Below, piece after piece: positions 1-13,299 of a DNA stretch of 64,000 nucleotides. The notes under the pieces are model-generated. The model was not told the DNA's origin and did not search any database. It saw nothing but the letters and a program-made list of their open reading frames with translations. This DNA is from Anthoceros angustus (taxonomy: Eukaryota; Plantae; Anthocerotophyta): positions 62,001 through 126,000 of the forward strand of contig VJWM01000107.1 in the NCBI GenBank assembly GCA_010909165.1. Reading direction: 5' to 3'. Every line of letters begins with the position of its first letter. Positions within the stretch are counted from its first letter, which is position 1. A program made the translations under genes and the position numbers.

Positions 1-105
1 AGAGGGGTTCGTTGGAACCCTTCTTTGTTGTCACCCTCCTGGCTTTGCTATGCTTCTCAACTCCTTATCGTTTAATTGTGTTCTGAGTTCACTGCTAATG
101 TCCAG

Positions 106-3100
106 TGAAGTTGCCCTGCTGGAGGTGCCCATTCCAATAGGAAAGGAAGAAAAGGGGGAGAGGGGGAAAATCAAATACCCAATGCGCAAAACCTGGGAAA
201 TATCCGTCATGCAATGGCCACTCATTCTTATTGCCAATGAGGTAAGTGGCTGTCTTGTACTACTAGAGATTCATGGATGTTCGCAGCAGCATCTGGTGAT
301 TGTAACATGTTGTACATTTTCAAACTTGCGTTCCATCATGCCTTCTGTTTGCAGATTCTCATTGCACTTGGTCAGGCCAAGGACTATCGTGGGGGCAGTG
401 ACAAGACACTCTGGCAAAGGATATGTAAAAGCGAGTATCGCAGATGTGCTGTGATAGAGGTCTTTGAGAGTGTGAAGGAAATGATGAGAACGATCATCAA
501 TACTCAATGTGAGCTAGAGTATCGCATCATTGACACACTCATTAATGAGATAGATGCATCTCTTCAAACGGGGACTTTTACCAAAAAGTTTCAGCTCAGC
601 GAGTTACCTGAGATTCATGCTCGTGTTGTTACTCTGGTTAGCAACCTCATGCAATTTCAGAAAACAGAGTCAGAGGATGACAACAAAAAGGTTTGTGTTT
701 TGAGCCTGTGTTTCTAGTCTTCTGTTGGTTCTTGCTCCTGCTGTAAGAGATCTAAGCCAAAGTGTTTCTGCTGCAGGTCATAGACGCTGTACAATATCTC
801 TATGATGGATTGGTCCGTGATTTTCCACTTGGTACCTGGGAACAGCTGGGAGAGGGTACTCTTTATCCATTGAGAAATGAAGACAACCCTCTTTTTGTCG
901 ATGCTGTAGAGCTCCCGGGCAAGGAAGATGGTTTTTATCGGCAAGTGAGGCGTCTTCACACGACCTTGAGCACAAAGGAATCACTACTCAACGTGCCTCG
1001 CAGTTTGGAAGCCAGACGCAGAATCACGTTCTTCAGCAATTCCCTCTTTATGACTATGCCTCGTGCCCCAACGGTACTTCTCTTTAGAGCTCACATGATG
1101 TTCCGACAGCTAGAATGATAACGTTAACTATCTAATAATCCATGGTCTGCTCCAGGTTGAGAAGATGCTGGCCTTCAGTGTCTTGACACCCTACTATGAC
1201 GAGACTGTCCTGTTCAGCAAGGAGCAGCTGCAGCAGGAAAATGAAGATGGAGTCTCTACTTTGTTTTATCTTCAGAAAATTTATCCAGGTCGTTATGCTG
1301 GTAGCAGTACTACTTGCATTTGGTTATCGACTACCATGTTGCTGTCAAAGTCGAGATATTTACTTTGCGCATGTTCCAGATGAGTGGAGACATTTTCTAG
1401 AACGCATGGAGAAGTTGAACATACTTGAAACTGAGATTTGGGACAAAGACAAAGGCCTCCAGGGTCTGAGACTTTGGGCCTCTTATCGAGGACAGACTCT
1501 TGCTCGAACAGTTCGTGGGATGATGTACTATGACAGGTCTGAGCACGTATATTACTTAGCTATTAAGGCAAATTTCGAGTGATGTTTCTTATCCTGTCTT
1601 TTGATGTGTTTTCTCTTCTCCAGTAAGGTTTCAGGGAAGGAATAGGCAGTTTCTGATACCTGGTTCTGCAGTTCACGGACTCACCCAGCTGGTTCATCTT
1701 GTTGCAGGGCACTGCAGCTGCAGGCCTTCATTGACAAAGCAGAACAATCTGACATAAACCGTGTCCGAAGTCTTCTGTACAAAACATCAAGCGGGATGGC
1801 CAGCCATCTGCATGGAAGTGCGTCTTTCCTTATGCGAGAAGGTGTAAGTCCCCATGGGCTACATTCTAGCACTGAGTTCTATGGTCAGAAAATAAAACAG
1901 AGGCATCAAGCAACTGCAGCAATGAAGTTTACTTATGTTGTTACCTGCCAAATCTACGGGATACAAAAGGCCAAGAAGGAGGTAGTTGCGGAAGACATAC
2001 AGTATCTGATGCGAGAGTTTCCTCCATTAAGAATTGCTTATGTCGATGAAACATCGCCTGGAAGCAAACACAATCAGTATTTCTCTGTCCTAGCCAAATA
2101 TGATGCGGCAGCTAGGAGAGAGGTCGATATATATCGAATACAACTACCTGGACCAGTAAAGATCGGTGAAGGGAAGCCGGAAAATCAGAACCATGCAATT
2201 ATCTTCACAAGGGGTGATGCTGTGCAAGCTATAGACATGAACCAGGCAAGTCTTGGAATGCACCGATGAAATCACAGTAGCAGCTAGCTAGCACAAGCCA
2301 ATGTTTTTCCTGTGGATGTCTCCCATTCAAATTGCTAACACATTAGCCGTCGCAGGATAATTATTTCGAGGAAGCTCTGAAGATGAGAAACCTGCTGCAA
2401 GAGTTCACCGTATACTATGGGCTTAGAAAGCCCACCATCTTAGGGGTGCGGGAACACGTCTTTACAGGTTCAGTGTCCTCCTTGGCCTGGTTCATGTCAG
2501 CTCAAGAGAGCAGTTTTGTGACACTCGGACAACGTGTGCTTGCCACGCCACTGAAAGTCAGGATGCATTATGGACACCCTGATGTGTTCGACCGCCTATG
2601 GTTCTTAACTCGAGGAGGTATCAGCAAAGCATCTAGAGTTATCAACATCAGCGAGGACATATATGCGGGTTTTAATTGTACTTTAAGAGGTGGCAATGTT
2701 ACTCACCACGAGTACATTCAGGTACTCCCGTCTGCAGAATGTGATCTTCGTTGAACTGACCGGAGATAAACTTCGTCAGTCTCGTTTTTCCTATTGATTT
2801 TGGCTGTCGCGTTCTAGATATCTGCTCCTCACAAACTCGCTAGCTTTGTCGCACTTTTGATATCCTGTTTTTGTTACTGTAGGCTGGGAAAGGTCGAGAT
2901 GTGGGTCTGAATCAGATTGCTCTGTTTGAAGCCAAAGTTGCAAGTGGCAATGGTGAACAAGTTCTAAGTCGGGATGTTTATCGCCTTGGTCATCGCCTGG
3001 ACTTTTTCCGCATGTTATCGTTTTATTTTACCACCGTTGGTTTCTTCATCAACAATATGATTGTAGTTCTCACAGTCTATGCATTTCTTTGGGGCCGTGT

Positions 3101-4527
3101 ATACTTGGCGTTGAGTGGAGTGGAAGCTTCCATTATCGGTAGCAATAATGATCCAAAGAGCACCATCAATAGTGATGCTCTGGCAGTCTCCTTTAACCAG
3201 CAATTCGTCGTCCAGATTGGCTTGTTCACGGCTCTTCCTATGCTTGTGGAGAATTCTTTAGAGCATGGTTTTACAAGAGCAGTTTGGGAGATGATAACAA
3301 TGCAGCTTCAACTAGCATCGATCTTCTTCACCTTCTCGATGGGAACGAGAGCCCATTTTTTTGGTCGAACCATTCTGCATGGTGGTGCGAAGGTGATGCC
3401 AATCTCACTCTGCTGTGGAAAGTTTGTCCTGAAATTCTCTAATCTCATGCTCACTGGTGTTTACTGGATGTATTGGGTGCAGTACCGTGCCACGGGCCGT
3501 GGGTTTGTCGTGAAACATGAGAAGTTTGCTGAAAACTATCGTCTGTATTCGCGTAGTCATTTCGTGAAGGGTTTAGAACTTGTTCTTCTCCTGGTTGTCT
3601 ATCAAGTATACGGAACTGTGAGCAAGAGCACGGCTTCGTACCTTCTCATGACCTTTTCAGCCTGGTTTTTGGCAATAACATGGATAATGGCTCCCTTCAT
3701 CTTCAATCCATCTGGGTTCGATTGGCTCAAGGCAGTGGATGATGCGGAAGACTTCACCAACTGGATCTTTTTCCGAGGGGGCATCCTTGTAAAGGCCAAT
3801 CAAAGCTGGGAAACATGGTGGGAAGAAGAGTATCAACATCTGCACACTGCCGGGCTCTGGGCTAAACTTTTGGAGATTATCTTGAATTTTCGGTTTTTGT
3901 TTTTCCAGTATGGTATAGTATATCGGCTGAAAATCGCTGCTGGTAGTACGAGCATCATTGTCTATCTCCTATCCTGGATATACGTGGTGGTTGCTGGCGT
4001 CCTCCAGAAGTTTCTGTCCTCAGCTCGGGACAAGTATGCTGCCAAGAATCACAGAACGTATAGAAGCATCCAAGCAGCCGTTATCGCCGGTGTAGTGGCT
4101 GTGTTCATCTTAATGGTGAAATTCACCCACTTTGTCTTGATGGATTTGATCGTCAGTCTTATGGCCTTCATTCCAACAGGGTGGGCTTTGATACAGATTG
4201 CACAGGTATGCTTGGCACTCGATTTCTGCGGTCGTCGACGATGAATCGTCTGGCTCTTGTTGCCTTCACTAAAGGTTTTTGAATTCTTTCCAGGTCTTGA
4301 AGCATCCGTACTTAGAAGGCTCACCGCTCTGGTCTACAGTGGTGGCAGTCGCTCGGCTCTACGAATTCGGCATGGGTATGCTTGTCCTGATGCCAGTGGC
4401 CTTCCTTTCCTGGCTGCCGGGCTTCCAGGCCATGCAGACTCGGATTCTGTTCAACGAGGCTTTCAGCCGGGGCCTTCAAATTTCCAGAATTCTCGTTGGG
4501 AAGAAACCGAACGCTGCGTATACGTAG
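106..4527 (+). CDS. CALS: Callose synthase (1,3-beta-glucan synthase), CalS11/12 (GSL1/GSL5)-like; 5'-partial. Exons approx. 106-241, 355-690, 777-1073, 1156-1288, 1380-1536, 1708-2245, 2356-2721, 2883-3392, 3483-4205, 4294-4527
   Basis: Splicing the ORF pieces at GT/GC-AG sites gives the motifs EARRRITFFSNSLF, WASYRGQTLARTVRGMMYY, GEGKPENQNHAIIFTRG, HYGHPDVFDR, SEDIYAGFN and YRATGRGFVV. The C-terminus QTRILFNEAFSRGLQISRIL is typical of the CalS11/12 clade. Confidence 0.95.
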
Positions 4528-7500
4528 CGGCGGTATATATTACTGTACAGTGCTTAGTTACCATTTTGGCGGTGACTTATAGCCTTGAGGAAGACACCTA
4601 GTGATATCACTAACATCAATTTTTGTTATGAGCTATGTCCAATACGGTTCCGTGGATTTCCCTATAGTTGTATTCACCGGAATTAAAATATGAATCCATC
4701 GCCCTTTCCTGCAGACCAGCGTGTGAGTGCCTTTCATTGGATAGCTTATGAAAATCCCTCGTGGATTGGAATAGGTGTCGTCGTGGGTGCTAGAACAGAC
4801 CTTGTATGGTTCTTTAGGAACTCGATTCCTCAGCCGTAGGTAACTCGAATCCAGGTTGAGGATGGGCGTCCCAGGCCAGTCTTGTGAAGGGGCGGACAGA
4901 TGGTGCAATGGAGAGAGGCCTGTCAATCCTAATCCCAGCTGATCTTTAGCGCAAGCCATTGAGGCTGCATAATGAATCCCAGACGTTCTGTCTGTGCGAC
5001 GGTTGCACTGGTTGGAAAGAAGGTGGGACGGTGGGGATGTACGAAAAGCAGTCGCAGGCGCCTTGTGATATTTGTACCACTGGACGCTGCATCCGAGACA
5101 AGCAACCAGAATTGTTGATGAGTTCCAAAAGAAGCCTGTAAGACTGTGCGGTACTTGACTGGTCGGCCCTGGCACCGCCCCTCTTCCTGGCCATGCCAGG
5201 AACAGTTGCCTGACATGGGCTACAGGCTTGCTGTCCGCCCTTTCCTCATAATGAGAGCATTGGTCCAAATAAATCAGGGTTGCGGCGGCCAGCGTCCCAC
5301 TTTGTCATGCTTTAAGCACATGGATTGTCAGCGCAGAGCAGAGGCGATTACAGTCCCCGAGCTCGAAAGCGGAATTCCGGCCATCTCCTGGAGGCTTGTA
5401 CAACAAACAACTAAACCTGGGTAGCGGGAACTTGGAGGCTCACTTTGGCCCTGTCCGAAGGCCGAGGCTAGGCAACATGTCCGGAATCCTTGATGCTTTT
5501 GCCCTAATTACGCACAGTACAAATGTACAATCTACATGGAGGGAGCATCGACAGAGGACAGCGGGTTGGCGTTGGCAACAGGCAGCTTGGCAGCTTGTGA
5601 GGGTGTCGTGGAGTGTTTGGCAGGCCACGTGACGGGCCATAACGGCGGAAGGGCCTCCGTTATTCACTGCCGCCACTTCTCGTGCTTTCCTTATTTACAT
5701 GTATGTACTGTACACAAACGGACGGCTACTGGTGGCCAAGGTTTCCCGTTTTCGAGGGTGGCTCTGGCATGCCTCGCTGCCTCTCTGTGGGCGAGCAACC
5801 TCGATGTGAGGTCCACATGTCTTGATCGATCAGTCCCGCCGACACCCGCTCTTCAAGAAGCGTCTGTAGAAACGTCTGCTTCACCTGTTCTGGGCTTGGA
5901 CATACGCTGTTTGGCCGATTGGCGACGGTTGGATGAGGTGGGTAGGCAGAGTGAGAGTACGCACCAGCTCGAGGAGGTGTGTGGGTGCTCAGTCCTAGTC
6001 TTCCCTTTCTTTGGAGTCCGGACGGAAGCAGATCTTATTATGCGACTGCTTAAGAAAATTGACATCGGCTGCTCTTTCATACTACTACTACTCCGTGTAG
6101 TGTGTCTACGTGTCAGAATGGTGTGGAACAGGTGACAAGATTTGTAGAGGGCCGGCTAGTCCAAGGTGAGATCTCGTGGGTTGCACATACAGCAGTCTCT
6201 CAGAGACAGTAGTGCCACGACACCCTACACCCGATGGTGCCATTGGGAATGGGCGGTTGCCACAATGGGAATTCATTGCCCTTTGTCGAGGAAAGAATTG
6301 ATGCATCGCCGAGCTGGGGAGGGTGTTATGAAGGTGGGAAGAGTGAAGCAGAGTATGTATGTATGTACATGCATACAGTCACAAGAACTCTCCATCAATT
6401 GGTGTAGGCCAGTGGTCCTGTCGTGTGATGGGAGCACCGAATGGGAATTCAGCCGTGCTATTGGAGTTGGTTTGGTGGCCCATGGGACGCTTGTACATGT
6501 AACAACCCGCAGAAGACAATAATTCGGGGGGATTCATGATGAGCAATGGGAATCCGAGCTGGGCAGGGAGGGCATTGCGCTTTCGGTTTCAAGGACGGTT
6601 CGATTTGAAGCTTGGCAGTGCGCAAGGTGGTGGATGTTCATGCATGTGGTCAACGTCGGTGGTAGGGGAGTCCGGTGTCCACACAGAAGAGGTTGAGGTT
6701 GAGGGTGAGGTTGAGGCGGAGGGTGATGAGAGCTGGGCCCGGGCCCTCTTGAAGGCTCGCATCACAGTCTCCCTCTCTCCGTCCATGCGGAGTCCGGACT
6801 CCGGCCGGGCTTTGTCACGAGTGCCAGTGGAAGGTAGTGGCAGACCAGAATGAGGGGATTCATGAGTATGGTGGGAGAGTTTTCTGGCTAGCTTCCGACA
6901 TCATTCATGAGCTTGGCAACAAGAGAGTATGAGCTGGGGTATGTATGAGAGGGTGCCGGGTCTACGGCTGCTGGCTGCTGGTTGCTGGTCGATGCCGCTG
7001 TCTGGCACCGTGAATCTTGTGTGAAAAGCAAGAGCGTGTAATGTAGCTGCTGCGCAGCGCACTGCGCACCTTCATTCTTGCGTGAGAGCGGAATGCGATC
7101 GCAGGGCAGGTGCCCACATGATCCTCCAGAATCAGATGAGCGATGTAGCTAGCGTCCACAGCAGGTCCAGGTCCAGGGCCAGGGCATGTGATTGGTAGGA
7201 GAGAGGGCACCCGGGCCCGGGCCCGGACGTGAAGACGGTCGTGATCCTGTCCGGGAGCGTGCACTGTACCTTATCCGAGGTGCGCATGCGCGGGTCACCA
7301 CCGTGTGCGTGTGTATGTAGGCAGTGTTGTTGGGCAGTGCAGGGAGAAATTGCGGGAATCGGGAATCAGGAATCTTATGTGGGTGCCCGCGCGGGGAGAC
7401 GGGGCAGGCCAGTGTTGCAGTGGCAGTCGCTGCAGCGTGCAGTGGATTGGAATGTGCAGCACTGCAGCACTGACTGCTGGTCCAACATTCCAAGGTATTA

Positions 7501-8192
7501 TTCATCGATGAGATCGCCCCTGGGCCTGGAGGCTGGCTCCATGGTAGGCTGCGTTTGGCACTAGTGGCAGAGGAGATGGTGGGCTCGACCTCCCTCGCAG
7601 AATGCAGATGCATACATCACAGACTGCAGATACATGTAGCAGCCCTAGGAGTAGGGCGCAGGAGTAATAGCACGCGCAGCAGCTGCCAGCAAACCTGAAA
7701 GCTGTAATGAGAGCATCTTTATCAAACTGACATGCTGACAACAGCTTCTTCTGGGCTGTTTATAGGCAGTGTTGCTGCTCTCGGGTCCGCGGGTTCTGAC
7801 TCCTGGTCCCAGTCTCCCTGGGCACCTCCTGACACACACCAAATTACTCCCTCCTTCACCTCCTGTACGTCCGGTCCACTCCGCTCTGGTGAGAGCGGGT
7901 TGTGTAGTGTACAAATTACGGAAGGAGAGAATCGTGTAAACTACTGACATATCCCAGCGGCCAGTAGCCGTAATCACACAAACTAGAAAGAGGAGCAGGC
8001 AGGAACCAGAGGACTCTAAAGGCGTCGGAGTCGGTCTCAGGCCAGCACGTAGTACGACACCTTTGGAGCCTTGTTGCGAGCGAGAGGTGGCCGAAACAGG
8101 ACAGGACAGGAGTGGACAGCGCCAGGCCATCCCCACTCCCCACTGCTGCCCACTGTCACTGCCCACCCACCTTGGCAACCTCCACAGCCTGC

Positions 8193-8238
8193 TGCCCAGT
8201 GCCCTGTGCCCTGTGCCCTGTGCCCAGTGCCCAGTGCC
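8193..8238. repeat. Heptamer minisatellite TGCCC(T/A)G, about 6.5 copies
   Basis: tgcccag tgccctg tgccctg tgccctg tgcccag tgcccag tgcct read directly. Confidence 0.85.
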
Positions 8239-10612
8239 TACTACATCCATCTCGAGAGCACAGGCGGCAGCAAGGCAGAGCAGTCAGCAGCAGCACTCCA
8301 GCAGACCCGTGGTTTATTACGCCAAGCCCAGTGCCACCACTCACTTTCCATGGACCCCAATATTTGGTCTCTATTAATCGTTCCTTCCATGTGGAGTCTC
8401 TTCCCTCATCAGGGCCTGAAATCCAGATTCTAGCACACCTTCCAAAACCGAGAATCACCCTGGACACTTGTTGTTGCTGTACAACGTAGATAGAGTGGTC
8501 CCCTCCACGCTCCATACCCTTGTTTATCTTCAAGTTCCTCTGGTACCCTAGATATGCTTCCAACGCTAATGGCCGGCAACTTGCATTGGGGATTCGGAGC
8601 GTCTACAGTCTGTCGGTACAGTACGTTGCCGGCTGCCTTACGTCTTAAGTTGCGTGGGCTATTTACATATACCTAGAGCCCTCAACACCTACAAGTTTCT
8701 ATATGTGCAGAAAGAGTGCTTTGCGTTAGTATTAGAGCAGATGGCTAACCCCACTCAATAGAGTACGAGACCCGATTAGGGACAAGGAAATTAAACTAAT
8801 TTATAATATTTAAATTTATATATTGATAGATATGATTGTGAGTGATAGAAGTATGAAACTCAAATTAAAAATTTTCAGATATTAATAATAAAATACTCAA
8901 AGAAGCATTTGGACCCAATTCGGAACATGGCGGTGCACGAGCAAGAAAAGCCGGTGCTTGAGATAGGACAAACGGTAGCCATAGGACAAACAGCGGTCAT
9001 GGCCGACCAACAAGCCTCTCAAAGTGAGCAACCTCCCCAACAATGTCTCCTTGGCCTGCCATTTGTGAAGGGTGTTTGCCTACCTTGGAGAATCTTAACA
9101 ACAATGTCCCTCCCATTGTTGGTGTCTTGTTGATAGACTACATGCGAATGCACCAAGTGGTAATCTTTTCTTCCTCTTCCATGCTGAACATTGTGCCTCC
9201 TTTTTTGTTGCTCTTCACATTAGCATTTTTCGAAATTCCACAATGTGGTTTTGCTGATCTTAAAAGCTGACCTCAGTCTTTCTTAGGGTCATGCCATCCA
9301 CTATAGCTACAATAGCATGTTGTAACCTCCTTATCCGATGTTGTAGGCAGTATACTCCTTGCACTACTGGGGAACCCTGCTATGTGGCAGCCCTGCTATG
9401 CTCACTCTCCATTTCCTTGGGGGCCTTTGTGTAACCATGTGTGCTTGATGGAAGAGGACAACAAAGCAAAGAGGATAGCAACTCAATGCACAGTAAGCAA
9501 AGGTAAGAAGCTTATGCAGTTTGTCTATGTTGCTTCTTGTTGAGCAAGTCAAGATGGTATGAAGGGTTTTTCTTTTGTGCATCCTTCTCTTGCAAGATGA
9601 AGACTTGAGCAAGCAAGATGGGGCTTTGGAGGGACTGAGCAAGTCAAGATGGTATGTCCCGAATGGGGTCTCGTAATAGAGTAGGGAGCATAGAGAGAGA
9701 GATGCAGAAACTAGGCGGTTGGCTCTCAAGACCCATAATTCCTTTGATACCTGTGCTCTATATAGATATCTACGTTTAACCTTGTGAATAAAATGCAAGA
9801 GTTGTTGGTTCCTAATACATGTTGTATACTCCTTGTACCTCCATTAGCGGCGGTTCCCTGAAGTTGAAGCGGCCGGCCTGGTCCTGGTCCTGGTCCTGGA
9901 GGTCCTGGACTCCTGGGCCCCGGGCCGCGTGGGAGCACAAGGGAGTGACTTGTCGCCGGGAGGGAGGACAAGGAGGGCCCGCCTTGTCTGGAGAAATTTA
10001 TCCGTCGCCAGCCAAAAGCACATTCCGTGCGCTTGTTCGTTTCTGGTTCCATTAATTTGCCCTAATCTGAAATTCTGAAGCCCAAGCCGCCTGAGACTAT
10101 CCTAATCCGAGCTCTCTCTCATCCTGACCTTCTCAGTCTTTGTCGGGATCTCACAGGCACGCCAGCACGACAACGCTGTGGCCTACTGCAAGGCAGCGGG
10201 AGGGAACCTTGGAAGCGCAAGCTCTTCAACTTGCTGCGGCCTGGCCCCTTGCCCGGCATTGCATTGAGGTTGCCCTCTCCTCTCCTCTCCTTTTATTCCA
10301 TTCCATTCCATTGCATTCCCCTCCATTTCCACTTCCAGTCCGTTGCTTGCTGTGAGCTTCCCTCCTCTCCCCCTCCTTCCCCTCCTCCTCTCAATTTGAA
10401 TCCTTTGTGCTGCCTGCCATACATGTTTCCTTTCGACCTGCAGCTGTTGGCAACTGGTGCTGCCAATCCTGCTGCTCTGAGCCTCCCACACGGAGATGGC
10501 TGACGTTTCATCCTGACAGAGGAGCGTGCAGCGCTGCAAGCTTGCAATCCACTTTGATTGATATCGGATTGCGGTGTGGCAGCAGGCCCTGGAAGACAGC
10601 AGGCAGCAACCA

Positions 10613-13299
10613 TGATTTCCCTCCACGACCTCTACACCGTGTTCAGCGCCGTCATTCCGCTCTACGTGGCCATGATCCTGGCCTACGGCTCGGTGCGGTG
10701 GTGGAAAATCCTGACTCCCGAGCAGTGCTCCGGGATCAATCGCTTCGTCGCCGTGTTCGCCGTGCCCCTGCTCTCCTTCCACTTCATCGCCAGCAACAAC
10801 CCCTACCACATGAACGCCAAGTACATTGTGGCGGATGTGGCGCAGAAATTGGTGGTGCTCCTGGCCCTGGCGGTCTGGGCCTGGTTCTCCTCCGCGGGCA
10901 GCTTGGAGTGGCTCATCACCATCTTCATGCTCGCCACGCTGCCTAACACGCTGGTGATGGGAATTCCGCTCCTCCAGTCCATGTAAGCCTTTGAATTTCT
11001 GGTCTCAGAATTCTGGTCTGCGACGTTGCGGTGACTGAGCACTGTGATTGCTGTGCAGTCCGATATTGCAATGCGCTGATTGTGGAATCCGGATGGCTGC
11101 TTTTGCAGGTATGGAGGCCACGCAGACACCTTGATGGTGCAGTTCGTGGTGATGCAGTCCATCATCTGGTACACGCTGCTGCTCTTCCTCTACGAATACC
11201 GAGCAGCCAAGGTGCTGATCATGGCCAAGTTCCCAGACGGCACAGCTGGCAGCATCGTGGACTTCAAGGTGGACTCGGACGTGCACTCCATCGACGGGAG
11301 GGAGGCGATCGACACGGAGGCGCAGGTGAGGGAGGATGGAACAATTGTGGTGAACGTCAGGAGGTCGGTCTCCTCCAGGTCCGACACTGTCACTCCCAGA
11401 ACATCCATGCACATGCGGTCCATGCCCTCCTCCAAGGCTCTCACTCCGCGCCCTTCCAACCTCTCCGGCATCGACATCTACTCCATGCACTCCTCTGTCA
11501 ACCTGACCCCCAGGGAGTCCAATTTCACCCATGCCGAATTCTTCTCCATGACAGCCGGCCCGGGGGGGCGATTGCACTCCACCTCCAGCCCCAGGCAATC
11601 CAACTTCAACTCCTCCGATGCCTACTCTCTCCACTCCTCCCGAGCTCCCACTCCCAGGACTTCCAACGCCAATGAGGACATCTGCAACCACCCCAAGGCT
11701 TCCTTGCACCCTTCGGGCCATTCCCCTCGCTACCCTGCAGCTCTGTATGCCCCGGGCCCCAATTCCCTGCTTGGAAGAGGCCTGATTTGCGGGGCGGCCC
11801 CGGCCTTCGATGGATCATCACCCGCAAGCGCTGCTCAGGCGGCCAGAAAATCTTCAGCTGCAGCCACGCTTGTCAGCGAGCCCAGGCTCTCCTGCGCAAG
11901 TCCCAAGCCGGAGCCCCGGTTGGAGCAGGATGGGAGGGAGCTTCACATGTTTGTCTGGAGCGCTGCTGCGTCTCCGGCTTCAGAGGCAGGATTGCATGTC
12001 TTCGGGGACGAGAATGGACGGCACGACGTGGAGCAGCCTAAGGAGCTGCACCTGCTGGTGAAGTCCTCGCCAGACCCCTATGCAGCTGCAACGTTAACGG
12101 CAGGAGCAGGAGGAGGGGCAGGAATTGGACCTGGTTAGAAGCTAACACCTTTGCTGCTTCATCTGTTCAGGCGTGTGTGTTTTTGTGAGCGCATTGTTTT
12201 TTACGATTTCAGTGGCTTGTAAAAGATTTCAGCTTCGGAAGCAGACCGCATCTCTTCATCGACGAGTCGCTGGACATGGCCAACAATTCCAAGCATGGCC
12301 CGAGCTCAATCGTCGCTGCCACAAGCAAGATACTGGAAAGCACACCACCTGTGATGCCGGCCCCCAAGGTTATGGCCAAGCTCATCCTCACCATGGCTTG
12401 GAAGAAGCTCATCCGCAACCCGAACACCTATGCAAGTTTGGTCGGGATTGTATGGTCTCTCATAGCCTTCAAGTGAGTCACAGTCACTGAATGCTTCCCT
12501 TGCCTGCAGCTGCTGTGCTGATGATTATCATATGACTATTCTGCAAGCACGTTGATTTGTTTTTGTCACGTCCTGTGTGCAAGCTTGCAAGGCCTGACCT
12601 CTTTCTTCTTTCCTTGGCAACCGCAGGTTTCATATCAGCATGCCTGCAATTGTGGAGAATTCCGTCACGATTCTGTCTGACGCGGGGCTGGGGATGGCCA
12701 TGTTTAGCCTCGGTCTGTACATCCCTCTCGCCCATTCCTGCCTGTGAAATTGACTGCCTTTTGCTTCACACTCCTTGGCTCATCTGGTGTTTAAACTTGC
12801 AGGTTTGTTTATGGCGCTTCAGAAGAGGATAATCGTGTGTGGCCCACAGCTGGCAGCCTTTGCCATGGTGGTGCGTTTCCTGACTGGCCCAGCGGTGATG
12901 GCAGCTGCGTCTATAGCTGTTGGGCTCAGGGGCAGGGAGTTGCACATTGCGATTGTACAAGTGAGTGCTCGGGAACGTGTGACATCTCTTGCTCTGTCGT
13001 CCACCATGTTCAGCTCTAACCTACGTATGGTACACGTACATTTTCCTCACAGGCCGCCCTTCCCCAAGGAATTGTGCCCTTCGTGTTTGCAAAAGAGTAC
13101 GACCTGCACCCTGACATCCTGAGCACAGCGTGAGAATTCTGGTCCCTCAAACTCTGTACCTTTTGCAGACCACTGTAATGCTAGACACGGAGCAGTAACA
13201 GAAACGTACCATGCTTTTGCTGTTTGCTGCAGAGTGATCTTCGGCATGCTGATTGCCCTACCAATCACGCTGGTCTACTATGTGGCGATGGGCATCTGA
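10613..13299 (+). CDS. PIN: PIN-FORMED auxin efflux carrier, canonical long-loop type; 7 exons (10613-10982, 11109-~12133, ~12226-12472, 12627-12712, 12803-12960, 13053-13129, 13233-13299)
   Basis: N-terminus [31 protein letters not shown]; TPRxS loop motifs; ELHMFVWS; [11 protein letters not shown]. The 86-, 158- and 77-bp 3' exons match the conserved PIN structure, and the protein ends [19 protein letters not shown]. The exon 2/3 boundary is uncertain. Confidence 0.97.

Noticed and set aside
4895-5230. Possible receptor-kinase pseudogene (WC...LHW.ERR...VAGAL*YL)
   Set aside because: Motif spacing does not fit kinase subdomains, and there is no convincing HRD or DFG.
4633-5268. 211-aa ORF on the - strand
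   Set aside because: No recognisable motif or splice context; plausible by chance at this GC content.
5000-10612. Auxin-response elements upstream of PIN
   Set aside because: Only scattered TGTC(GG/TC) hexamers at roughly chance frequency, with no clearly spaced pairs.
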